The position numbers and the translations under genes were made by a program. Below, in pieces: positions 18,805 through 27,345 of a stretch of DNA of 64,000 nucleotides. The stretch covers positions 32,001 to 96,000 of the IMG/VR virus record IMGVR_UViG_3300012007_000009; one strand, 5' to 3'. The DNA is from a virus (taxonomy: Duplodnaviria; Caudoviricetes). Numbering within the stretch: position 1 is the stretch's first letter; each line of letters begins with the position of its first letter. Below the pieces are notes generated by a model that saw nothing but the letters and a program-made list of their open reading frames with translations, was not told the origin of the DNA and made no database searches.

Positions 18805-21800
18805 TTAGCGGGTGCCCGTAGAGATATCGGTTGAAATCACATTTCCGGTCGACCTGCTGAGAACATTGGTCCTCAAGTAGATGTAGCGGGTGCTCGTTGT
18901 CGGATAGAGCATCAAGTCCACATAGAGCTTATGGGCCTCGACGACTTCCGGCGGGTTGTTGGTATCGTCGCAAATGACTATACTACCCGTGTCAAGCCCG
19001 GCCGGGTTCTCCCCGATAATCTTGTCAAGCTGCAGCTGCAGGTCCGTGGTAATCTGGGCACGGAGTGCGGCCGTGTTGAGCCGGAAGACCCTGGAGTCGA
19101 GGTAGTTGTAGTACATCTTGTGGATACCGGCAACAAGCATCGTGACGTTGATTGCGTTGAACGCAGTGTCTTCCATCTGCATCGTGAAATCGCCGTAGGA
19201 ATAGATGCCCTTCCTGTTGGAGCGGAACGGGTTCACGTGGATGTCGCACAGGCGTGCGATATCCGAATCCGGGTCTTCCGGATAGTTGAACTTGCGTTCG
19301 TACTTCAGCTTGCGGCACCATGCGCCCGGAATCATACCGGTATCCTCACCCGCCGGCACGTGCCAGAAGATGGAACCCTTGCGGTTGGCGGTAATCAGGG
19401 AGGCCATGGCCACGGAAGGAGCGACTTCCACGTTGGACTTGGTAACGATTGAATCGTAGAAGATGGGACGTGCGTCATAGATTGCACCCCAGCGGCCGAG
19501 AGTGGACCCGAACCTGCTTGCGGGAGAGTCCAGCTTGAGGGCCACGTCGATGCGGGAATCGGCGACACCGTCGAACAGTGCGAAGCAGTCCTTGCGGAGT
19601 TCGCAGATGCTGAGCACCGCCTGCATGAGCTGGGTATTCAGCGTTTCGTAGCCCTTTAGCCCGAAGTTGTTGATGCCAAGGCCGGCACCCACGAAGAACG
19701 TGACGTCGGACTTGTCCTTGTCCAAGAACAGGTTGAAGGCATTGGAAATCGTGCTGGTCGACATGTTGTTAGCCGGGTCATATGTCCACACGGCGTTATT
19801 TACGATAGCCGGGTCGTCCGTATTGAACGCGGGGCATAGCGTGGTGCTGGACGGAACGGCCTTGATTGTGCCGTTTGCCTGCATTTCGCCAGCGACCGTG
19901 CTAGAAAGGTCGTAAGAGTTGTCCTCGCGGAACATCTCCATCACACCGCTGTCGTTCAGTACGAACACCACACCGGAACCCTCGAGTTCCGTCTCGGCGC
20001 TGTCGCCGATGAACAGCTGCATGTGGTTGTAGACATACTTTACCACGGTACCGTCGAATTCGTACCTTACACCGTTGTACATGTAGGCGACGGAGAGGTA
20101 GAGCCTTGCGACCGCCTCGCCCTCGTCAGTCAGGTCATACACCTTGATGGTGCTGCCGGTGAAGTTGGCATCGACGTACTTGATGTTGGCCAGACCGAGG
20201 CCCACGAAGGTAGCACCGATGGAGCTATCCGTCAGAACCTTGTCTGAATGGTCAATCACGGAACCTGCGCTGGATACCACGTACTTGAACGGGGCAGTTC
20301 CATCGATATCGGCAGTGACGAACACGTTGTCGACGTCGACCACGGGAGTCTCGTTCTGTACATGTACCGGAACCATCACAGAGTAGTTACCCACAATGTA
20401 GATGTCGGCATACTGGTCGACATGGTCATGCGCCTTAACATGAACTTTAAGGTTACTGATGGTGTAAGTCGGCTCCTTATCAGTATTATTGTCCCTCGAG
20501 CCTTCAATAGTAATTGCAGGGGAGAATATTGCGGTAAAGTTGCATTTTATTTTATCTCCGTCTATAGTATTTACTATTTCTTCTTTGCTTACACTAGTCT
20601 CATATTCTCTGCCATTAAAGGTGAATTTTATTTTATCACCAACGGCAACACTTTTATCATCAGTAATTCCTGTTGCCTCAGTAATTGCCGATACTGAATA
20701 TAACGGGTTAATAGCATCCGTACCAGCCTGAGTAAGTGTAATGCCACTAAACGTAGCATCATACTCATCAATGGAAATCTGGCTACCACCAGTTATCTCA
20801 ACAGTAACATTGCTTATGTTGCACGCCGGCTCACGGTCGCTGCCATTTTCACGGGTTCCTTCAACAACTACGTCTTGAACGTCCACATCAAAAGGAGCAC
20901 GCCCACCGGTAACCTGTCCAAGAGTACCCTGATATGGAGTCTCATTCCAGGTAAAGTTGATTATGTCGCCCGCAGCTGCACCAGTAGTACCAATTTCCAC
21001 ATTACCAGAAATCTTGGATATCGTATATTGTGGGTTGGCAAAGTCGGAACCATCCCTTACCTTTGTGCTTGCGAAGTTAAGGTCTGATTCAGTATCCAGT
21101 GCCATGTCAACATCGTCCATCACGTGATTGTAGCTGTCGACAGCGGCATAAGCCAGCTTGTTGGACTGCGTCAGGTTGAGCAACTGGAACTGCAGGTCGG
21201 TCTTTTCTTCCCTGGACAGCTTGGAGCTGTCAATCGGGTCGAGAAGCTCGATGGTATCAGTAATCGGGTCGGAAGTCTTGACCGTACCGAAGTACAGGAT
21301 ATTCTCCGGGCTGAGGTCCGGTTCAGTATTGCCCGTCAGGTCAAGGTTGACACTTGCACGGGTAATAGCGACCATGTCGCCAGGCACGAACTCGAGGGCA
21401 CCACCAGGAACCATGGTAATGGTCTTGTAGTCCTCGGAAATCTTGAGCTTGCCAGCATTTGCGGAGTCAGTCTCAGGATACTTGGCCAGGTCAGCGGAGA
21501 TTACCGCGTAACCGTAACCGAGTTCCTCGCCGCGCATGACCTTGACCAGGTCATCGGCCACGGACTTCACCGTGGATTCTCCGGTGACGGTAATACCGCG
21601 AGTATTCACGCTGTCCACCCAGCCCTTCTGCTTGCTGTAGGCAGATACACTGGCAGGAACATTGGTGATTGCGGTAGGTTCGGTAGCAGCGAGTGTCACG
21701 TCGAACACCACTCCAGTAGAATCCACGCCAGTCACGACGAATGATGCCGTCTTGGTTTCAATATTGGGTTCGGTACCGATTGTCCAGATGAGGTCGATGA

Positions 21801-22983
21801 CATCACCAACCCAGATGGATGCACCATTGGGAGCGGTGAGCTTGCCCTTCAGGCTGGTCTCATCGACCACCTCGAAGGTACAGCCGCCGAGAGCTGCATC
21901 GGTAGCGACACGGACATACACGTCCATGGAATCCTGGTCATGGAATACCATCGCGGTACCGGAAGGAATAGCCTTCAGTGCTTCAAGACCCTTTCCGTTA
22001 AGGAAGAGAGAGTTGAACGTCTTGGCACCCTGTCCGGCAACAGCGGTCTTGACAGACAGGTAGTCATACCCGTCTGACAGGATATTGTCGCCTTCGGCAT
22101 AAATAAGGATTTCCGGAACATAACCCAGCACGTTAATGTTGTGCAAGGTGATGTCATCCTCGGCCTTCAGAGACACTTCCTTGTCCACGATGTTGGTGAC
22201 GCGGAAAGTACTCAACTCGGTAGTACGGCCGGCCGCGGGAGCATACACGATATCGTCGACGGCGAAGCCGACCCTACCGGTGCAAGTCACGCGCATCTCA
22301 TCGGAACCGCTGTCATGCTTGGTCGCTCCCTTGTCGAGAGCGAACGTGCTGTATGCACGGTTTGCGCTGCTCGGGTCCGCATTCATGAGGGCGAACATGA
22401 CAATGTCGCTGTCGCCACGGGCAGCACCGCCGTTGACGACCCAGTTTTCCTTGGCGTTGTAGTCCTCCGCAGCATCCACGTTGAAGCTGACGTTGCTGTT
22501 GTTGACAATCGTCTCCGCGATGTTGTTAATCTTACGGGTGACGCCGTACTTGGCTGCGCCATCCACCTTGTAGCGGGTGGAGGCGAAGAACTCGGCCTTG
22601 AGGGAAGTCTTGTCGGGGTTGTTCTTGTTGCTTACGGCATTCCTGTCGTAGGCCACAACGAAGGTATCCGTCTTCAAGTCCCGCTTGAAGTCGCTGGTCT
22701 TGTCGATTTCCTCGCCGTACGGACGGACGAACTCGACGTATCCGCCAGCGTTGATTACGGCACGGGCCGCGTACATACCCTGGTTGTACCTGGAGTTGTT
22801 GAAGCCGAGACCGAAGTACAAGTCCTGCTGGGCGGTATTGGTGAGCCGCTGAATCTTGTTCAGCTCGCCCTTCGGCGCAAAGCCTACCACGCCGCCAACT
22901 GCGTTCGGGGTCTCGACCAGGCTATATCCGGAACGGTCGTGGAGTTCTATGCGTACCCCAGGCGCTCCCATCCTTGTTGCCAT
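18805..22983 (-). CDS. Tail sheath protein (gp18-like), 1392 aa with large inserted domains
   Basis: N-terminal APGVRIELHDRS...VVGFAPKG; C-terminal RKDCFA..D, PPS-like APS, W.VPAG...G, VNP, INVTML, ICDDTNNPPEVV, LYVD...P. Confidence 0.92.
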   Translation of the reverse strand: MATRMGAPGVRIELHDRSGYSLVETPNAVGGVVGFAPKGELNKIQRLTNTAQQDLYFGLGFNNSRYNQGMYAARAVINAGGYVEFVRPYGEEIDKTSDFKRDLKTDTFVVAYDRNAVSNKNNPDKTSLKAEFFASTRYKVDGAAKYGVTRKINNIAETIVNNSNVSFNVDAAEDYNAKENWVVNGGAARGDSDIVMFALMNADPSSANRAYSTFALDKGATKHDSGSDEMRVTCTGRVGFAVDDIVYAPAAGRTTELSTFRVTNIVDKEVSLKAEDDITLHNINVLGYVPEILIYAEGDNILSDGYDYLSVKTAVAGQGAKTFNSLFLNGKGLEALKAIPSGTAMVFHDQDSMDVYVRVATDAALGGCTFEVVDETSLKGKLTAPNGASIWVGDVIDLIWTIGTEPNIETKTASFVVTGVDSTGVVFDVTLAATEPTAITNVPASVSAYSKQKGWVDSVNTRGITVTGESTVKSVADDLVKVMRGEELGYGYAVISADLAKYPETDSANAGKLKISEDYKTITMVPGGALEFVPGDMVAITRASVNLDLTGNTEPDLSPENILYFGTVKTSDPITDTIELLDPIDSSKLSREEKTDLQFQLLNLTQSNKLAYAAVDSYNHVMDDVDMALDTESDLNFASTKVRDGSDFANPQYTISKISGNVEIGTTGAAAGDIINFTWNETPYQGTLGQVTGGRAPFDVDVQDVVVEGTRENGSDREPACNISNVTVEITGGSQISIDEYDATFSGITLTQAGTDAINPLYSVSAITEATGITDDKSVAVGDKIKFTFNGREYETSVSKEEIVNTIDGDKIKCNFTAIFSPAITIEGSRDNNTDKEPTYTISNLKVHVKAHDHVDQYADIYIVGNYSVMVPVHVQNETPVVDVDNVFVTADIDGTAPFKYVVSSAGSVIDHSDKVLTDSSIGATFVGLGLANIKYVDANFTGSTIKVYDLTDEGEAVARLYLSVAYMYNGVRYEFDGTVVKYVYNHMQLFIGDSAETELEGSGVVFVLNDSGVMEMFREDNSYDLSSTVAGEMQANGTIKAVPSSTTLCPAFNTDDPAIVNNAVWTYDPANNMSTSTISNAFNLFLDKDKSDVTFFVGAGLGINNFGLKGYETLNTQLMQAVLSICELRKDCFALFDGVADSRIDVALKLDSPASRFGSTLGRWGAIYDARPIFYDSIVTKSNVEVAPSVAMASLITANRKGSIFWHVPAGEDTGMIPGAWCRKLKYERKFNYPEDPDSDIARLCDIHVNPFRSNRKGIYSYGDFTMQMEDTAFNAINVTMLVAGIHKMYYNYLDSRVFRLNTAALRAQITTDLQLQLDKIIGENPAGLDTGSIVICDDTNNPPEVVEAHKLYVDLMLYPTTSTRYIYLRTNVLSRSTGNVISTDISTGTR

Positions 22984-23017
22984 AATCTACCTCTTGGGTT
23001 ATATGTATTCTGGCGGA

Positions 23018-23072
23018 AGTTTATTCAGTGGTCACGTTTTTTTCCGCTTTTTGCGGAGAAACGCAATAAACT
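23018..23072. promoter_or_regulatory. Divergent pair of putative late promoters (ATAAACT at 23018-24 minus, 23066-72 plus)
   Basis: Motif sits upstream of the sheath (minus) and of the 23104 gene (plus). Confidence 0.6.
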
Positions 23073-23103
23073 TGCAGAAAACGGCCCATCACAGGGGTAT
23101 TTT

Positions 23104-23991
23104 ATGGACAAGAGGGAACTTAACCGCCGAATCAACGGCCTGAAGGACGCCTATCCGGACGAACTGGTCCTCATAGAGGGTATCCAGGACCTCATCAACA
23201 AGAAGATAGAGGTCATTTCGGAGAAGAACCGCCACGCGCTAAGGCAGTTCCCGATGCAGTTCACCCGGAGAATCAACCTGGGCAACGGCGAATGGACGAC
23301 CACGCTGCACATGTGGGCCGACAACCTGGTCGACACGCTGTTAGAAATCGACCCGCTGGTACTGACCTGCTCGGACTCATCGGGCGAGACCGTACTTCAC
23401 TCCCTGGTCCTGGCGGCAACCGGCAAGTTCACCCAGAGGGTCGACTACGACTTCATCCAGAAGATGCTGGAGAAGAACATGAGCTTCATCGAGATGGCCA
23501 TACCGAACAACGTGAATTCCAAGGTGGAGGGGAACGCCTGGATGTCCAAGGACGCCCTCCAGAAGACCCCGATGGACTACCTGGTCGAGTTTGCCAACGG
23601 AAACGGGGAAACCCCTCCGGACGAGAGGCTCCAGCAGATGCTCCTCGATTTCGGCAACAGCCCGACGATGGAAGCACCGGTGGACAACACACCGGCGATG
23701 CCGGTTACCGACGAGCAGCTGCAGACGGTAGACCAGGCAAGCGGTGTCACCCCCGGGGGTACCGTGGACCCCAACGCGGTCAACTCGACCGAACCCCCCA
23801 GTTCCCTGCCGGATACCAAGGACCTGTCCACCATGCAGGACAAGCAGGATGCGGAAAATGCCGGGGCGACCACCTCGGAAAAAGAAATAAGCGCGGCCGA
23901 GCCGGTCGCGCATGCAGGTGCCCAGGAGAAGCACAACGAGAAATCCGAGAATCCGATTATGGAGACCCTTCTCGGGATGATTCAGTTATAG
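23104..23991 (+). CDS. Ankyrin-repeat-like protein with acidic low-complexity tail
   Basis: Start MDKREL (the track's 22141 start is sheath antisense). Motifs GEWTTTLHMWA, DSSGETVLHSLV, KDALQKTPMDYL. Confidence 0.55.
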   Translation: MDKRELNRRINGLKDAYPDELVLIEGIQDLINKKIEVISEKNRHALRQFPMQFTRRINLGNGEWTTTLHMWADNLVDTLLEIDPLVLTCSDSSGETVLHSLVLAATGKFTQRVDYDFIQKMLEKNMSFIEMAIPNNVNSKVEGNAWMSKDALQKTPMDYLVEFANGNGETPPDERLQQMLLDFGNSPTMEAPVDNTPAMPVTDEQLQTVDQASGVTPGGTVDPNAVNSTEPPSSLPDTKDLSTMQDKQDAENAGATTSEKEISAAEPVAHAGAQEKHNEKSENPIMETLLGMIQL

Positions 23992-24238
23992 TCCGCACTT
24001 CCCGCTTCATCCGGTCTATCCTCCCGGATATCCCGGAATCCTCCATCAGCTTCCTCTTTGCAGAGCCGTTCAGGAGGGCTTCCACCCGGAAGCCCTTCTC
24101 TATTGCCATGCGGGCCTTCTCCTCGTCCAGCCCGAACTTCTCCATCATGAACCTTACGTTCTCCGGGAGGTCACTTTCCGTTTCCGTTGACTTTTGCCGC
24201 GTGGACTTTCCGGTTGGCCTTTCCTTTCTTCTTGCCAT
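23957..24238 (-). CDS. Small hypothetical protein
   Basis: 93-aa ORF with genome-typical codons, overlapping both neighbours. Confidence 0.4.
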   Translation of the reverse strand: MARRKERPTGKSTRQKSTETESDLPENVRFMMEKFGLDEEKARMAIEKGFRVEALLNGSAKRKLMEDSGISGRIDRMKREVRTITESSREGSP

Positions 24239-24647
24239 ATAGCTCCAGTATTTTCTCGGGTTCGTAAATACGCACATAGCGTTCCTCTATGGCGTCCATG
24301 TCGAGCAGTCCGTACCTCATTGTGTGGACCACGTCGTTGTGGCTCATTCCGGTGACCCGCATCGCGTGCTCGATGCGTTCCTTCTTCTCCTGTATGGCGC
24401 TGGTCTTCGCCCTGGACCACCGGATGTCGACGTTGACCCGGTTGAGGCCCTGTATGGCCATCGCCTGTATGTCCCGCGGAAGGTGGGAGAAGGAAATCTC
24501 GTTCAGTTCATGGGCCACCCTGCGCAGTTTCGGGTCCATGGATATGGCCTGGACGACGTTGTACAGCTGGAACTCGTCCTTGTCGAGCTCCGTCACCGGG
24601 AGCCCCCGCCTGCGCTCATCAAGGAATCTGAACGGGTCAAACGGCAT
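24171..24647 (-). CDS. Clamp loader small subunit (gp62-like)
   Basis: FQLYNVVQAISMD...AHELN...LP..IQ...RWSRAK pattern; directly downstream of gp44. Confidence 0.7.
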   Translation of the reverse strand: MPFDPFRFLDERRRGLPVTELDKDEFQLYNVVQAISMDPKLRRVAHELNEISFSHLPRDIQAMAIQGLNRVNVDIRWSRAKTSAIQEKKERIEHAMRVTGMSHNDVVHTMRYGLLDMDAIEERYVRIYEPEKILELYGKKKGKANRKVHAAKVNGNGK

Positions 24648-25755
24648 TCTGCACCTGCTGTACCGGTTGTTCCACCTGGACCGGCTGCTGCACCGGGTCC
24701 AACGGCATCTTGCCAATCATCTGGCACTGGGCAATCATCATCATGACATCCGAAAGGAATTCCAGGAGCGTCACCTCCTGGTTCACCTGGGACTGCGTGG
24801 CGCGGACGGCCTTGCCGAGCATGGAGGAAAACTGGATGTACATGAAGTCAATCTGCCCGTTCGTCGGAAGCGGGATGCGATTCATGAAGTACAGCCCGAA
24901 CGGGATGTAGACACTGCGGAAATCGTTTACGTTGGACGAGATGAAATACCGGAGCTTCCTCGGGTCCATCATGATAGTCAGCTGGTAAATGTTCTTGATG
25001 GTCTCCTCGCGGATGACGTTCGGGTGCCCGACGATGCTCCCGTTGTTCTCGAGGAACGTAAGGTGCATCGCGTTAATCATCGAACGGATGTCCGGGTAAC
25101 ATGCCTGGATAGTCTCCACCAGGGTATCCTTGGAGACAGTGCCTCCCGTGAACTTGGTCTCCTCAAGCGCGATATGCTTGAGACGCTTGAAGATGCGCTT
25201 CTTGTATTCCGCGTCGTCCCCGGGATGGTCGAACGCTATCGGCGTGCAGCGTGACTTGATGGCGTCAGGTATTCTCCATATCTCGTTGCAGGTGAGAATG
25301 AACCTGAGGTTGGACGAGGTCGCCTCTATGAGGGACTGCAGCTTCCTGTAGAACGAGTCGGGGTTCGACGGGTGGTCCGCCTCGTCGATGACGTAGTACT
25401 TGGGAAGGCCGTTCCCGGAACGGTACATCCCTCCCTCCTCGATGCTATCCAGTATCTCGGAGTCGCGCTGGGCGTACAGCACCTCCCGTTCCGCGCCGAG
25501 CATGAGCGGGAAGGCCTCCGCCAGACTGGTCTTTCCTGTACCGGGTACTCCGGAATGGAATATGTAGTTGTTGTACCCACCAAGACGGAGGGCGTTCCTC
25601 ACGATGGTGTCCAGCTTTTTCGGTAGAATGATTTCGTCGAGGTTCCTTCCCCTGTGCTTCTCCACCCAGGCCAGCGTCCGGTCGCCCGAAACTTCCGTTT
25701 CCGTCTGGGACGCCTGGACCGGCATCCCCGTTATGAGGTCTAGTTCTTCTGCCAT
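24637..25755 (-). CDS. Clamp loader large subunit (gp44/RFC AAA+)
   Basis: WVEKHR, GVPGTGKTS, IDEAD, FILTCN, SRC, YPDIR. Confidence 0.92.
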   Translation of the reverse strand: MAEELDLITGMPVQASQTETEVSGDRTLAWVEKHRGRNLDEIILPKKLDTIVRNALRLGGYNNYIFHSGVPGTGKTSLAEAFPLMLGAEREVLYAQRDSEILDSIEEGGMYRSGNGLPKYYVIDEADHPSNPDSFYRKLQSLIEATSSNLRFILTCNEIWRIPDAIKSRCTPIAFDHPGDDAEYKKRIFKRLKHIALEETKFTGGTVSKDTLVETIQACYPDIRSMINAMHLTFLENNGSIVGHPNVIREETIKNIYQLTIMMDPRKLRYFISSNVNDFRSVYIPFGLYFMNRIPLPTNGQIDFMYIQFSSMLGKAVRATQSQVNQEVTLLEFLSDVMMMIAQCQMIGKMPLDPVQQPVQVEQPVQQVQNAV

Positions 25756-25774
25756 AATCGGTAATCCTTTTCAC

Positions 25775-25790
25775 AAATATAGCATAAACT
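25775..25790. promoter_or_regulatory. Overlapping divergent promoters: TGCTATATTT (minus, gp44) and ATAAACT (plus, 25798 gene)
   Basis: Sequence AAATATAGCATAAACT. Confidence 0.6.
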
Positions 25791-25797
25791 GTCGGAC

Positions 25798-26151
25798 ATG
25801 AAGTTGATGAACGAATTCATAGGGAGCGTAACCGGGGATGACTGGGAGCTTTACGGGAAAGTATCGGAGCTTTACGGGAACCTGTTCGAGAATTCCGCCA
25901 CCGACATCAACAAGAAGCAGATAGCGGCCCAGCCGGGTACATGCACTCAGGGTATAATCCCCAACGGGCAGCTCACCGATGGCGAGCAGATGCCGAACGA
26001 CGAAACCGTGGCCAGGCTGATGAAGGAATCGTACAAGTCCAGGTTCGGCCAGTGGTGCGGGTCGGTGTCTCCCGGGAGGACTTCCCTGGGAATGTGGGGA
26101 GGTACCGGGCCGGAAAATGCCAACGCCGATACTTCTACGGCGCAGGCCTAG
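25798..26151 (+). CDS. Hypothetical protein (candidate head internal protein)
   Basis: 117 aa; ATG 7 nt after ATAAACT; LFE/MKE motifs. Confidence 0.55.
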   Translation: MKLMNEFIGSVTGDDWELYGKVSELYGNLFENSATDINKKQIAAQPGTCTQGIIPNGQLTDGEQMPNDETVARLMKESYKSRFGQWCGSVSPGRTSLGMWGGTGPENANADTSTAQA

Positions 26152-27335
26152 CATCCCCAAGGCAAGCTTTCGAGGAACGTCTTCATCGCCAGCACGCACT
26201 GTTCTGCCGTTATGGGCCTGGCACAAACATCGGGAATTTCCAGGTGCCATGCCCGTCGCCTGTCCGTTTCGGATACTCCCGGGAGGAGCTTGGCTACCAA
26301 TGACCGGCGGGACTTTCCGTTGTGCCGGCACGTCGCGGTGATATATACCTGGTCGCACTGTTCAAGGTCGCGGGCACCCATGAGCTGGAGGTCTTCTGGC
26401 TTGATTTCGATATCCTGGCTATCGGCGAAACAGTTAACGAGTCGAAGGAATATCTGCTGCAGATAGCGACCGCGGCCATCGGAAAATTTCCGCTCGCCAT
26501 CTATAACCATGTTGTCAACGAAGGGCTGTATAGTGGATATGTCGAACGTGTCCAGCATGCCGACACATCTGGACTTGTGCATGTCGGCATCGTGCATGTC
26601 GGCATCGCCGGATTCCGCCGAGCCGTCCGCCGCTATCCGGACGTCCTCTATCGATTTATACCGCCCGCAGCCACGGGTTTCCTGGCAGAAACACAGTGCA
26701 GGATTCCGCCACTTGTATATTTCACACATGGGGACGAACAGTGAATCGGACAGGAATTTCCAGTCGTCGTCAATCGAGGCCAAGGTGTCCCGGAGCAACC
26801 CGGCAAGGTCCCTGATTTCCTTCAGCGCCCTCATGCACAGACGCCTGTTGAAGAAATTCACGAGCGTCCTGAGGTTTACCTTCCATACCATCTTGCTATG
26901 CATGCCGAGAGGGAGGAGGTTTGCCGCATCCTCTTTGGCGATGCCACGCTCCAACAGGGCATTGTACGATTCTTGTATTTGGCTCATGCCTACCATATAT
27001 GGCATTTCCGTTACCTGATGAGCGGCGATTTTTGCCGGCGTGTAATATTCGAATCCGCTTTCGGCGACATACCTGGTAGATTCCTGCAGCCGGGTCGGCG
27101 AACCGCCGATATGCGTATACAGCTCCCTCATTACACGGGCTGAGAATCCCTGTATAAGTACGGTTACCTCCACGAACTCCAGTACCCTCCAGTGGGTAGC
27201 CTTGATACAGTCGATTGCCCGTTTGGCGTTCTTCTCGATATCGTCCACCGGGGCATTCCAGCATATCCCGGCCAGCCGCCCAATCTTCTCCAGCGGATGC
27301 TTGTCGCAGTACAGTACCTCTATCTTGGTTTCCAT
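26148..27335 (-). CDS. thyX: Flavin-dependent thymidylate synthase ThyX with an extra C-terminal domain
   Basis: H.RVLEF, SARVMRELYTH...QESTRY, KEDAANLLPLG, NLRTL..F...RLC.RA..EIR. Confidence 0.85.
   Translation of the reverse strand: METKIEVLYCDKHPLEKIGRLAGICWNAPVDDIEKNAKRAIDCIKATHWRVLEFVEVTVLIQGFSARVMRELYTHIGGSPTRLQESTRYVAESGFEYYTPAKIAAHQVTEMPYMVGMSQIQESYNALLERGIAKEDAANLLPLGMHSKMVWKVNLRTLVNFFNRRLCMRALKEIRDLAGLLRDTLASIDDDWKFLSDSLFVPMCEIYKWRNPALCFCQETRGCGRYKSIEDVRIAADGSAESGDADMHDADMHKSRCVGMLDTFDISTIQPFVDNMVIDGERKFSDGRGRYLQQIFLRLVNCFADSQDIEIKPEDLQLMGARDLEQCDQVYITATCRHNGKSRRSLVAKLLPGVSETDRRRAWHLEIPDVCARPITAEQCVLAMKTFLESLPWGC
26577..26606. repeat. Perfect 15-nt tandem duplication (encodes DADMH x2) at the ThyX domain junction
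   Basis: GTGCATGTCGGCATC x2. Confidence 0.9.
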
Positions 27336-27345
27336 AGAATATCCC

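Noticed and set aside
22141-23103. N-terminal 321 aa of the 616-aa plus-strand ORF
   Set aside because: Antisense to the sheath gene; the real start is probably ATG 23104, after the ATAAACT motif.
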